From positions 1,140,001 to 1,172,000 of the forward strand of contig NZ_CP030918.1 in NCBI RefSeq assembly GCF_003324675.1: DNA of 32,000 nt. Reading direction: 5' to 3'. The position numbers and the translations under genes were made by a program. Positions 16,227-25,379 of the stretch are shown one piece after another. How positions within the stretch are numbered: the first letter of the stretch is position 1; each line of letters opens with the position of its first letter. Below the pieces are notes generated by a model. It was not told the origin of the DNA. It saw nothing but the letters and a program-made list of their open reading frames with translations, and made no database searches. This stretch comes from Paracoccus suum. Its GTDB lineage: Bacteria > Pseudomonadota > Alphaproteobacteria > Rhodobacterales > Rhodobacteraceae.

Positions 16227-17320
16227 CATAGCATCAACGTCGACGTCATCGATGCCGCCCAGCCCCTCATGGACCAGTCCGGCGTGCCGGGACGCTATGT
16301 GATCGCCGAGTTCGCCCATGATCCCGACCTCAGCCTCCCCACGACCGACAGCGAGAAAGTGACGCTGACTCAACTGCGCGACATCCGCACCGAGGCAGGT
16401 GCGATCTACCCCTCGAACTCCACCCCCTTCAGTAACGTCGGAGAGCGAGGAACAGCGTTTCCATTCGCGGTGTCGATGCCTGGGAGCAAAACCATTGGTG
16501 GTGGGACGACGACCGCGCCACGTGGCTGGAATGCAGCATCTATCTGCCCAAGTCGTTTCTGGCCGATGGCGGCGAGGACAAGGCCTATGCCCTGCGGCTC
16601 GCGATCACGCATTCGGGCACCAGCTACGACGGAACCTGTGAGGAAACGCTGACCGAGACCTGCATCGCCAGTATCTGGAGCATGCCGGAAGAGCAGGCCC
16701 AGCGCGAATGCGTGGTCATCACTCCTAGGTATGAACGCACCACAATGAATGACTATTGGGAACACACCCATGACGTCGAAAACACATATCGACTGGTCGA
16801 ATCCCTTCTGTCGAATACATGGAATTACGGCAATCCGAACCTGGATGATCGCCGCGACAAGGTGCTGAAGATCGATCCCAAGCGGGTCTATTGCACGGGC
16901 TGGTCGATGGGGGCCATGACTTCGTTGTGGCTGATGGCCAAACACCCCGAGACTTTCGCGGGCGGCCTGATTATCGCGGGCCAGCAGCGCCTCGCCGATG
17001 TCGAAACGCTGGCCACGCAAAACGTGCTGATCATCACCGGGAGCTAGGACAACAAGGCGACCCCCTGGAACGAGCAATGCGTGCCGGTCTGGCGCGATGC
17101 GGGCGCCAAGGTCACGCGCCCGGCCGAGACCTTGGACCCGTCGCTCATCTTCCCGATTCAGGATCAGCAAAATCTGACCAGTCAGGTTGACGGCTACCTG
17201 GAGCAGGGTGGTAACATCACCTTCTTGACCTTCCAGGGGGTCGATCACATGGGCTCGGCGCGCAAGTTTTTCTACATTAAGGCAGCGCGCGAATGGCTCT
17301 TTCGGCAGGCCAAAGCCTGA
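16227..17320 (+). pseudogene. Alpha/beta-hydrolase (esterase-like) gene disrupted by a frameshift (about 16400-16440) and an in-frame TAG (17045-17047)
   Basis: GWSMG nucleophile elbow. ORFs 16682-17047 and 17081-17320 share one frame, separated by TAG inside ITGS*DNKATPW. The upstream part (16269-) is in a different frame. Confidence 0.7.
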
Positions 17321-17443
17321 GGACCGATTGCGACTGCCGTCCGCAGAGCCGGAAGCGCTGCGGCAGTCATGAGCGACGAGCAATAGGCGTGACCTTGTTC
17401 GGCGCGGTGTTGACGGTCAGACAGCGTCCGCCGTTCGCCTGTG

Positions 17444-17469
17444 GATCGCGCCGCCAAAGCGGCGCGATC
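17444..17469. terminator. Hairpin between convergent genes (GATCGCGCCGC-caaa-GCGGCGCGATC), possible bidirectional terminator
   Basis: Perfect 11-bp stem with a 4-nt loop, 14 nt downstream of the PepSY gene stop. No U tract on either strand. Confidence 0.4.
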
Positions 17470-17482
17470 TGTGAAACGCGGA

Positions 17483-18841
17483 TCAGGCCACTGTCTGGCG
17501 GCGCGCGATCACCCACTCGATGGCCGCCATCACCAGCATCGACAGTCCCACCAGCGGGAAGAACAGGCCAGCCGCCGCCCCAAGCAGGATCAGTCCAGTG
17601 GGCACGCGCCAGGCTCCGACGCGTGGCGTCCCGAGGCTACCGGAGGGCCGGCGCTTCCACCACATCGTGACGGCGGCGATGCACATCACGATCATGGCGA
17701 GGCAGGCCAGCAGCAACGCGATCTGGTTCACCACGCCGAAATACTGACCCGTGTGCAGGCTGACGCCCAGCTCTGCGGCAGCACCCAGCGCGCCGAGGTC
17801 GGCCACGCCCATATCGAACAGCACCTTCCCCGAATACTGGTCGAGGTGGATCACCCGCTCGCGCCGGACATCGTCGGGATAGACCGAGGCGGTGAAGACG
17901 CCCTCGGGGTCCGACGGCACGTCCAGCCCATAGCCGGGCGCGATACCCAGCGCCTCAACCGTGGCGACGACCTGGTCGAGACCCGCAGGGGTACCATCGC
18001 TTGCGGTCGACAGCGGCATAGGCTGGCGCTCCATGATCCAGGGGGTCTTGTCCAACACCGCGCCGACCGGGACGGTCGATGTCGGATAGCTGAACCAGTA
18101 GCCGTCCGGCATGCCCAGCCCGACTTGGTAGGCGAGGTCATAGAACTTCGCCCCCCAATAGCCCGACCATGGCAGGCCCGACATGGCGAGAAACAGGATG
18201 AAGCCCGCCGTGTAGATCCCGGTGACGGCGTGGATGTCGCGCCACCAGGGCCGACCGCGTGCTGCCTTGACGGTGAAGGTACCGGCCCGCTTGCCGCGTG
18301 GCCACCAAAGATAGATGCCCGAGGCGGTCAGCAGCACCATCCACCCCGCCGCCAATTCGACAAAGCGCTGGGGCAGCCATCCGAAATAGGCGAGCGAGTG
18401 CAGCTGTCGCACCAACTGCATTTCGGGGCTGCCCGCCGCACCGCCATCACCCAGCGCGCCCAGCACGGTGCCGCGGGTTGGGTCGACATAGACGCTTTGT
18501 GTGATGCCCTCTTCGTTCTCGATCTTGACCTCGGTCGAGCGCCCGGGGGCAGGCGCCGGCAAATAGGATTTGAGGGTCCCGGGGTAGTTCGTCAGCGCCG
18601 CGCTGACGATGGCGGAAGCGGGCAGTTGTGCCGACTGCGTCACCGGAACGATGCGCAGATCGCGATGCAGCAGGTCGTTGATCTCGTCCTTGAACAGGTA
18701 AATGCCACCGGTGGTGGCCAGCAGCAGCACGAAGGGGATCACCAGCAGCCCGGCTATGAAATGCCAGCGCCAGATCGCCCGATAAAGGGCGGATGAGTCC
18801 GCGCGCGCTTTGGCGGCGGCAGACAGGGAAATGTCGGTCAT
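17483..18841 (-). CDS. PepSY-associated transmembrane (PiuB-like) protein
   Basis: N-terminal YRAIWRWHFIAGLLVIPFVLLLATTGGIYLFKDEI is typical of PepSY_TM proteins. Four hydrophobic segments across about 450 aa. Confidence 0.9.
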   Translation of the reverse strand: MTDISLSAAAKARADSSALYRAIWRWHFIAGLLVIPFVLLLATTGGIYLFKDEINDLLHRDLRIVPVTQSAQLPASAIVSAALTNYPGTLKSYLPAPAPGRSTEVKIENEEGITQSVYVDPTRGTVLGALGDGGAAGSPEMQLVRQLHSLAYFGWLPQRFVELAAGWMVLLTASGIYLWWPRGKRAGTFTVKAARGRPWWRDIHAVTGIYTAGFILFLAMSGLPWSGYWGAKFYDLAYQVGLGMPDGYWFSYPTSTVPVGAVLDKTPWIMERQPMPLSTASDGTPAGLDQVVATVEALGIAPGYGLDVPSDPEGVFTASVYPDDVRRERVIHLDQYSGKVLFDMGVADLGALGAAAELGVSLHTGQYFGVVNQIALLLACLAMIVMCIAAVTMWWKRRPSGSLGTPRVGAWRVPTGLILLGAAAGLFFPLVGLSMLVMAAIEWVIARRQTVA

Positions 18842-18899
18842 GTTGATCCTCGGGCGCGGCCCGCGGGCCGCAGATGCGCGAAAGCCCCAATGGGGCGGC

Positions 18900-19292
18900 T
18901 CAGGCAGTCCGAGGGTTGATGGGCGGGGCGCGGGCCGGCGGCATCGGCGGGGCGCGGGTTCGGTGCGCGAAGGGCGGCGGCATTATCGGCGCGCGCCAAG
19001 TCAACTGACGTCGCGCAGGCTCGGCGAGGGCTGCCGGCTTGGGAGGCGTCGGGACGAGGCACAGCGGGCACCCGTGGTCATTATGGCCGGCGCCCTCGCC
19101 ACACAGATCAGCGCTATGGGTCCCCAACGTCAGCATGGCTGCAGCGAGGTCGATCTCGCCCCGCTCTGGCGCCATCCGCGCGGCCGAGCCAACGCCCGTC
19201 AGTATGACGATCAGGATCAGCGCAGCCGAGACCATCCACGCCTTCAGGAAGCGGACGGCCAGGTTTCCGGTGATGGAGCGATCAGCTTGCAA
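18900..19292 (-). CDS. DUF2946-like protein (Cys/His motif)
   Basis: N-terminal membrane anchor and an HNDHGCPLC motif. Sits directly upstream of a PepSY_TM gene, the pairing I recall for this family. Pro-rich tail. Confidence 0.6.
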   Translation of the reverse strand: MQADRSITGNLAVRFLKAWMVSAALILIVILTGVGSAARMAPERGEIDLAAAMLTLGTHSADLCGEGAGHNDHGCPLCLVPTPPKPAALAEPARRQLTWRAPIMPPPFAHRTRAPPMPPARAPPINPRTA

Positions 19293-19677
19293 AGGATCCC
19301 GAGCCGGTTGCCGTTTGGCTGCTGGAACCTATAGCCGCTGGAGCGCTGCTGCCAAGCAGCCGCGCCGGGTTTGATCAAGTGAACAAGATCGGCGTCACGC
19401 GAAGCGCCAGCGGCCAATCTATGAGCGCGTCAGTGGCGGAGTGTTGTGTGCCGAGGCCGGCGTTCACCTGCGGCCGCTTGCACCTGACAAGATTTAAGTC
19501 GGATGTTCCGGGACGCCCTATGCCTTCCGCGTCAACATGCCGCTGAGAGGGCGTGGACGGGAACCCCTCCGGTGCGCAGCGGTTACCCTCCTCGCGACAG
19601 GTCATTCTGTTCGGCCTTTCTGGCACGCTCCGATGCCTGACCAAGGGCCCCCTTGTCCCAGCAAGAAAGTGCAGCCG

Positions 19678-19914
19678 ATGGATTTGTTGAAACGGGCCAG
19701 TATTCCCGTCGCGGCTCTGGCCATCTCGCTGCTCGCGATCCTGTTGGCGCGCGTCCACTCAGCGTGGCTCTGGCTGCTGGTCATCTGCGTTCCGCTGATG
19801 GCGCTGGGGATTTATGATTTCGCCAAGCGCACTTGGGTCATCACCCGCAATTACCCCGGCGCCGGGCAGGTGAAGAAGGTCATTTCCCTGCTTCGGGAAA
19901 ATTTGCTGAAGTAA
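19678..19914 (+). pseudogene. Probable 3'-truncated N-terminal fragment of an FMN-binding glutamate-synthase-family membrane protein
   Basis: From ATG 19678: hydrophobic N-terminus, then WLWLLVICVPLMALGIYDFAKRTWVITRNYP, resembling the recalled family start (..LGLYD..Q..H.ILRNYP). The sequence then diverges and stops after 78 aa, whereas the family is about 500 aa. Confidence 0.45.
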
Positions 19915-20285
19915 GGTGGCGGGCACGTTGCGCAGTGACAGGCCATGTCTTTCCTCTCCGGCGAAGCTGATGGCGACGCAGATAACCCTCGACTAGTTCG
20001 GGCGCTCGAGAGGGTGGGATAATGAAGGATCGCACGAGTTCGCGCAGGATACGAGAGTGGTACAACGACGAGCAGCGCCCGGGTCGTATTGTTTAAGAGC
20101 CATTGGGACGGCGCCTTGGCCTATCTCATCATGTGCGACCCCGCGGGCATCCAAGTCATGTGCGTGACCTATGAGCCGCAGGAGGCAACTGGTCAGCAGG
20201 TTCAGTTTGCCGGCGGCTACAACCGGATGGATGAGCGAAGGATCGTTCTCGATCCTGCCTGACGTTGCCGGTCGAGTGACTTGCT

Positions 20286-21374
20286 TCAGGCGTCCAGCGA
20301 CCGCTCGTCGGCGCCGAACAGGTGAAAACTGCCCGGATCGGCGGTAAGGGCAAGCTCGGCGCCTGACTCCAGCAGCGCACTGCCCGGCAGCTTCGCAACC
20401 AGCGGCTCAATCACGCCGGGGATGTCGAGATAGACAAGCTGCACCTCGCCCAGCTGCTCAACCAGCGTCACGCGGCCGGTCAGCAGCGGCTGGCCCTCTT
20501 CGGCGAGGCGCAGATCCTCGGGCCGGATCCCGAAGCTGACCGGCTCACCGCGCATCGCCGCGTTGGTTGCGAGCGGTATGCCTACATCTCCCCCGGTCGC
20601 CAGCGTTACCTGCGTCTGTGCGCCGCTAGCGGTCACCGTCGCCGGCAGGATATTCATGGCGGGCGAGCCGATGAACTTTGCCACGAACAGGTTTGCCGGC
20701 CGACGGTAGAGGTCGACCGGCGAGCCGACCTGCTCGATGCGGCCACCACGCAGCACGACGATGCGGTCGGCCAGCGTCATCGCCTCGACCTGGTCATGCG
20801 TGACGTAGATCATGGTCGTGTCCGGCATCGCCTGCTTCAGCTTGGCGATCTCGATCCGCGTCGCGACCCGCAGCGCCGCGTCGAGGTTCGACAGCGGCTC
20901 GTCGAACAGGAATACCCGCGGGTCGCGGACGATGGCGCGGCCGATGGCGACACGCTGGCGCTGCCCGCCAGAGAGGGCGCGGGGAAAGCGGTCCAGATAA
21001 GGTGCCAGTTGCAGCGCCTCGGCCGCGCGCGTCACGCGGGCCGCGATCTCGGCTTTTTTCACCCCGGCGATGCGCATGCCGAAGGCCATGTTGTCGAAAA
21101 CCGTCATGTGCGGGTAGAGGGCGTAGGACTGGAACACCATGGCGATGCCGCGGCGCGAGGGCGCAACCTCGTTCATGCGCGCGCCATCGATCAGGAACTC
21201 GCCCGAACTGATATCCTCCAGCCCGGCGATGGCGCGCAGCAGCGTGGACTTGCCGCAGCCCGAGGGGCCGACGAACACCACGAACTCGCCCGAGCGAATG
21301 TCGAGGTCGATCCCCTGCAGAACCTCGACCGCGCCATAGCTCTTGCGGACGTTGCGCAGCGTCAATTCGGCCAT
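20286..21374 (-). CDS. Sugar ABC transporter ATP-binding protein (UgpC/MalK type)
   Basis: Walker A GPSGCGKST, Q-loop, LSGGQRQRVAIGRA, Walker B FLFDEPLSNLD and a C-terminal TOBE-like domain. Confidence 0.95.
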   Translation of the reverse strand: MAELTLRNVRKSYGAVEVLQGIDLDIRSGEFVVFVGPSGCGKSTLLRAIAGLEDISSGEFLIDGARMNEVAPSRRGIAMVFQSYALYPHMTVFDNMAFGMRIAGVKKAEIAARVTRAAEALQLAPYLDRFPRALSGGQRQRVAIGRAIVRDPRVFLFDEPLSNLDAALRVATRIEIAKLKQAMPDTTMIYVTHDQVEAMTLADRIVVLRGGRIEQVGSPVDLYRRPANLFVAKFIGSPAMNILPATVTASGAQTQVTLATGGDVGIPLATNAAMRGEPVSFGIRPEDLRLAEEGQPLLTGRVTLVEQLGEVQLVYLDIPGVIEPLVAKLPGSALLESGAELALTADPGSFHLFGADERSLDA

Positions 21375-21411
21375 GTGGTGCCTCTTTTGTAATTCAGGCG
21401 TGCGGGGCGCA

Positions 21412-22821
21412 TCAGCTTCCGGGGGTCAGGCTGGACAGCCACCGGACCAGGGGGCCGGCGCTCTCGTTGCGAATTTCCCGGTCGTTCCGGGCGCGGATGG
21501 CGCGCCGGACAATGCGGGCGCCCAGATAGCGGATCGGCTCGGGGGGCAGGGTAGAGCGGCGCGAGAGCCCGACGAGGCCGCTGTGCGACCATGCATCGTC
21601 CCGGCCGAGCACAAGGCTCGCGAGGATGCGGCCCGCAACCGGTGTCTGGGCGATGCCGGTGCCGTTGAAGCCGACGCCGAAGAAGATGCCCGGCTGCTTT
21701 TCCAGATGGCCGAACACCGGCAGATGTTCGGGCGTGCAATCGATCGGCCCGGTCCAGTCATATTCGACCCGCGCGCCCCGCAGGGTCGGATAGACGCGAT
21801 GCAACTCGCGAATGTTGTCGATGCGACCGGTCGGACGGCGGTTGTAGGCCGCGGTCGGTCGGCCGAAATAGGCCACGTTCCCACTGCCCCGGCCAAAGAC
21901 CACCCGGCCATCCGGCGTCCGCTGATAGTAGAGGACGTGGGACTGGGCATCGCAGATCGACTCGCCGCCCGTCCAACCAAGGCGGTCGAGCGTCCCGGCC
22001 AGTGGCGCGGTCGCGATGATCTGGCTGTCGACGATGTAGAGGTGACGCCGCAGTTCGGGGATCGCCGAGGCCCAGGCGCTGGTCGCGAGCACGACCTTAG
22101 GCGCGCGCAGCGTCCAGCCGTCACCGTGCAGGGTCGAGGGGCTACCGCTGTCAATCTGCCGCACGGGCGAGCGTTCATGGATGGCAATGCCGCGCGACAT
22201 GGCGAGCGCGCGCAACCCAAGCGCCAGTTTTGCCGGCTGCACCGTGCCGGCACGCGGCTCGACGATGCCCGTATAGGACACGTCCGATCCGGTGCGTTGC
22301 CGGATCTCCTCGGCCGTGAGGGGGCGAAAGCGGTCCTCGCCATTTGCGCGGCACAGGGCGACGGCCTTTTCCCAGGCACCTTCCTGCGCAATGGAGCTGG
22401 CGGTCCACAGCCAGCCGTCGAGACGCAGGCCCATGTCGATGGTGCCCGAGGCCTGCAACGCCGCAAGCTCCTCGATCGCGTCGGCCGTGGCGCGGCAGAG
22501 GCGCAGCGCCTCGTCAATGCCCACCAGCCGTTCCAGCAGGTCGATTTCCGCGAACCAGGTGTGGACCTGTCCGCCGTTACGGCCGGACGCGCCAGAGCCG
22601 CAGAAGTCGGCCTCGACAATGGTGATCCGAAGATCGGGCGCCTGCTCGCGCAGCCGCAGCGCGGTCCAGAGGCCGGTGTAGCCGCCGCCGACAATGGCCA
22701 CGTCGCAGTCCGCATCGCCAGTCGGCGGCCGGGTGACGGGTCCGCCGCCCGCGTCCTGCAGCCAGAAGGACCGGTCGGCGGGGGCGGCGACGGCGGGTTG
22801 CCAAAGGCGATAGGTGGTCAT
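21412..22821 (-). CDS. FAD-dependent oxidoreductase (DAO family, PuuB/amine-oxidase-like)
   Basis: From internal ATG 22821: DVAIVGGGYTGLWTAL dinucleotide-binding motif, GSGASGRNGG. About 470 aa. Confidence 0.85.
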   Translation of the reverse strand: MTTYRLWQPAVAAPADRSFWLQDAGGGPVTRPPTGDADCDVAIVGGGYTGLWTALRLREQAPDLRITIVEADFCGSGASGRNGGQVHTWFAEIDLLERLVGIDEALRLCRATADAIEELAALQASGTIDMGLRLDGWLWTASSIAQEGAWEKAVALCRANGEDRFRPLTAEEIRQRTGSDVSYTGIVEPRAGTVQPAKLALGLRALAMSRGIAIHERSPVRQIDSGSPSTLHGDGWTLRAPKVVLATSAWASAIPELRRHLYIVDSQIIATAPLAGTLDRLGWTGGESICDAQSHVLYYQRTPDGRVVFGRGSGNVAYFGRPTAAYNRRPTGRIDNIRELHRVYPTLRGARVEYDWTGPIDCTPEHLPVFGHLEKQPGIFFGVGFNGTGIAQTPVAGRILASLVLGRDDAWSHSGLVGLSRRSTLPPEPIRYLGARIVRRAIRARNDREIRNESAGPLVRWLSSLTPGS

Positions 22822-22822
22822 G

Positions 22823-23674
22823 TCAGCTCTCCGCCGTGGCGATGACGTCGGCATATTTTCTCGGCAGCCATTCCGGGATGGGGCGCAGGGTCTGGGGAAA
22901 GCCCCCCTGATGCGTGCAGGTCTCAGCCGCGCGGCCGGTGGCAAGACGCAGCGCCTCCGGGACGGGCCGGCCGGCGACAATGGCCTCGGCGATGAACGAG
23001 GCGATGAAGCTGTCCCCGGCGCCGCAGGTGTCCACGACCGTGATCGGCCGCGCTTTGATCTGGTGGGTCGCGGTGCCGTCGCGATAGATCGCGCCACGCT
23101 TGCCGCAGGTCAGCACGACCTTGCGCGCACCGCGCTGCAGGAAGTCCTGCAAGGCGTCGTCGTCGTTTGCCCCGTCGTCCTCGGCGCCCGAGGCGAAGAC
23201 CAAGGGCACACCATCCAGCGGCAACAGGTCATGGGCGGTCGAGACATCCACGCTGAAGCCCGCGCCCTCGGCCACCAGTCGGCGCACGAGGCGCGGATCG
23301 GCGTTGGTCCCGAGATGCACCCAGTCGGCGCCCAGCAGCGCGGCGTGGCGGTCCTCGGAGGGCAGGTAATCGCGCCCGGCGCCCAGATCCTCCAGCAGGA
23401 AGCGGCGGTCGCCGTCATTCTCCAGCAGCAGCGTCACAGCGGTGCTGCCCGGCCGCAACTCCACATCGTCCGGGTCGAGGCCGACGCGCGCGACCTCCGA
23501 CAGGACGATCTCGCCCTCGGGGTCGCGGCCGACCACGCCGAAATAGCGGGCGTCATGCCCCATGCGCCGCCATTGCACACCCACGTTCAGCGCGTTTCCC
23601 CCGACCGCGACCCGGTCTTTCGACAGGTAAACGTCGAGGCAGTTGTCGCCGACGGCGATCAGCTTGATCGTCAT
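22823..23674 (-). CDS. PfkB-family kinase, fructoselysine-6-kinase (FrlD)-like
   Basis: MTIKLIAVGDNCLDVY...GGNALNVGV N-terminus parallels the recalled FrlD sequence (ATIGDNCVDIY..GGNAVNVAV). DTCGAGDSFIASF kinase motif. Confidence 0.8.
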   Translation of the reverse strand: MTIKLIAVGDNCLDVYLSKDRVAVGGNALNVGVQWRRMGHDARYFGVVGRDPEGEIVLSEVARVGLDPDDVELRPGSTAVTLLLENDGDRRFLLEDLGAGRDYLPSEDRHAALLGADWVHLGTNADPRLVRRLVAEGAGFSVDVSTAHDLLPLDGVPLVFASGAEDDGANDDDALQDFLQRGARKVVLTCGKRGAIYRDGTATHQIKARPITVVDTCGAGDSFIASFIAEAIVAGRPVPEALRLATGRAAETCTHQGGFPQTLRPIPEWLPRKYADVIATAES

Positions 23675-24537
23675 GCGGCATTCCCTCGCTGGGTCAGATG
23701 GGGCGCGATGGCCGCCATGTTGCGGGTCCACGCCGCATGCGGATCGAGGGCGTAGGTGCCGTCGCCGAACGGCTCGAACGACAGTGCGCCCTTGTAACCC
23801 GCTGCCGCAAGCTCGGCGAGGTACTGGCCGAGGGGCAGTTCACCGTCGCCCCAGACCAGATGGCCTGCGGGCGTTCCATCCACGACATGCACATGCGCGA
23901 GGCGGTCACCGAACAGCGTGACGTAGTCGCCGACCGTGTCACCTGCGCAGGCCATGGCGACCATGTCCAACACCACGTCCATGCTGTCCGACGCGACCAT
24001 GTCCAGCAGGCGGTGCAGGTCGGCTGCGCTATGGGCGATGTTGCTCTCGCGCCGTTGCAGCGGCTCCAGCAGGCAGCGGACTCCCTGAGCCTGGGCGTGA
24101 TTTGCGATTTCGCACAGGGCCTCGGCCGAACGGTCCCAGGCACGCTCCGCCGGCTCATCCTCGAAACCGCGGCCGGGCGTCAGGAACAGGTAGCGCGCGC
24201 CCAGCGTCGCGCAAATGTCGGCGGCGCGGCGGAAGCGATCGATGCTGGCGCGGCGGTAGGCATCGTCACCCGAGGCGATGTTGATCGGATACATCACTTG
24301 CTCGGGCGTCAGGCAGCGCACGCTCAGGCCGTTATCCGCCAGTGCCTGCTGGACCGAAGCAATGCGGGCTGCATCGGCGTGAAAGAGGTCCAGATGCGGG
24401 GCGATTCCCCACAGCTCGATCTCGGTCACGCCAAAGCCGCGCATGGCCCGGGCGACCTTCTCAAACGGCCAGTGCTGAAAGCTGAAGTTCGCGCCGATCA
24501 ACTGGTCGGCCGACAGCCGGGGAGGGGCGCCGGTCAT
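23671..24537 (-). CDS. Xylose-isomerase-like TIM-barrel sugar phosphate isomerase/epimerase (FrlC-like)
   Basis: From internal ATG 24537: about 289 aa with VTEIELWG, YLFLTPG and CLLEPL motifs typical of AP-endonuclease-2/TIM-barrel epimerases. ATGA overlaps on both sides. Confidence 0.8.
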   Translation of the reverse strand: MTGAPPRLSADQLIGANFSFQHWPFEKVARAMRGFGVTEIELWGIAPHLDLFHADAARIASVQQALADNGLSVRCLTPEQVMYPINIASGDDAYRRASIDRFRRAADICATLGARYLFLTPGRGFEDEPAERAWDRSAEALCEIANHAQAQGVRCLLEPLQRRESNIAHSAADLHRLLDMVASDSMDVVLDMVAMACAGDTVGDYVTLFGDRLAHVHVVDGTPAGHLVWGDGELPLGQYLAELAAAGYKGALSFEPFGDGTYALDPHAAWTRNMAAIAPHLTQRGNAA

Positions 24538-25379
24538 TTGCCGATTCCTTCGGTCAGGCCGCGGATGAAATACCGCTGCGTCAGGAAAAAGATGATGATG
24601 ATGGGCAGCGCCGAAAGCGTCATGGCCGCGAAGACCTGCGCAAAGTTCGTGCCCTGCTTTGACATCAGCGAGGTCAGGCCGACCGGCAGCGTCTGCACCG
24701 TCGGGCTGTTGGTGAAGATCATCGCGAACAGGTATTCGTTCCAGGCGAACAGGATGTGCAGCACCACGCAGCTCATGATGATGGGCCGGCAGAGGGGCAG
24801 GATGATCCGGCGAAAGATCTGGCCGTGGGTCGCCCCGTCCATCATCGCCGCCTCGTCCAGATCGCGCGGCAGATCCAGCATGTAGGCGCGGATCAGGAAC
24901 GTCGTGAACGGCACCCGGAACGCGGTATAGAGGATGATTAGCGCCCAGTGTGTATCGTAAAGGCCCAGCGATTGCATCATGCGCACGAGGGGGACGAGGG
25001 CCACGGTCGGGCTTAGCATCATGCCGCCCAGCACGATGGCCGTGATCAGCGGCTTGGCGGGCATCGGGGTGCGGGTCAGCCCGTATGCCGCCCATGCGCT
25101 GATCAGGACGGTGGTGACGGTGGACACCGCGGTGACGACGAGGCTTGAGATCATGTAGCCCTGAACCCCGGACCAGGCCGCCATGTAGTTGGCTAGCGAC
25201 CAGCGGTCGGGCAGGGCAAAGGGATGGTCAAAGATCTGGCTGTTGGACTTGAAGCCGCCAAAGGCCATCCACAGCAGCGGATAGAGAACGATCACCCCCA
25301 CGGCCAGTAGGAAGGCCCACAGGAACGCCTGCCCCACGCCCTGCCAAAAGGTACGTTGCACGTTGCCGCCCGGGGTCAT
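24534..25379 (-). CDS. Carbohydrate ABC transporter permease
   Basis: Six-helix MalG-type topology. EAA-like loop DEAAMMDGATHGQIFRRIILP. Confidence 0.9.
   Translation of the reverse strand: MTPGGNVQRTFWQGVGQAFLWAFLLAVGVIVLYPLLWMAFGGFKSNSQIFDHPFALPDRWSLANYMAAWSGVQGYMISSLVVTAVSTVTTVLISAWAAYGLTRTPMPAKPLITAIVLGGMMLSPTVALVPLVRMMQSLGLYDTHWALIILYTAFRVPFTTFLIRAYMLDLPRDLDEAAMMDGATHGQIFRRIILPLCRPIIMSCVVLHILFAWNEYLFAMIFTNSPTVQTLPVGLTSLMSKQGTNFAQVFAAMTLSALPIIIIFFLTQRYFIRGLTEGIGK

Noticed and set aside
19431-19437. B12-box-like GCCACTG on the minus strand, preceded by GGTGAACGCCGG, upstream of the DUF2946 gene (possible cobalamin riboswitch)
   Set aside because: The other conserved cobalamin-riboswitch elements (a GGGAA segment before GGTG, CCCGCCACTGT context, downstream GCCAGGAGACC-type segment) are absent. 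A heptamer plus one partial match is not enough without a covariance-model scan.
19915-20285. Short plus-strand frames (MKDRTSSRRIREWYNDEQRPGRIV* and ...WDGALAYLIMCDPAGIQVMCVTYEPQEATGQQVQFAGGYNRMDERRIVLDPA*)
   Set aside because: The frames are broken across two reading frames, have no Shine-Dalgarno and match no recognisable family. They are probably remnants, so no gene is called.
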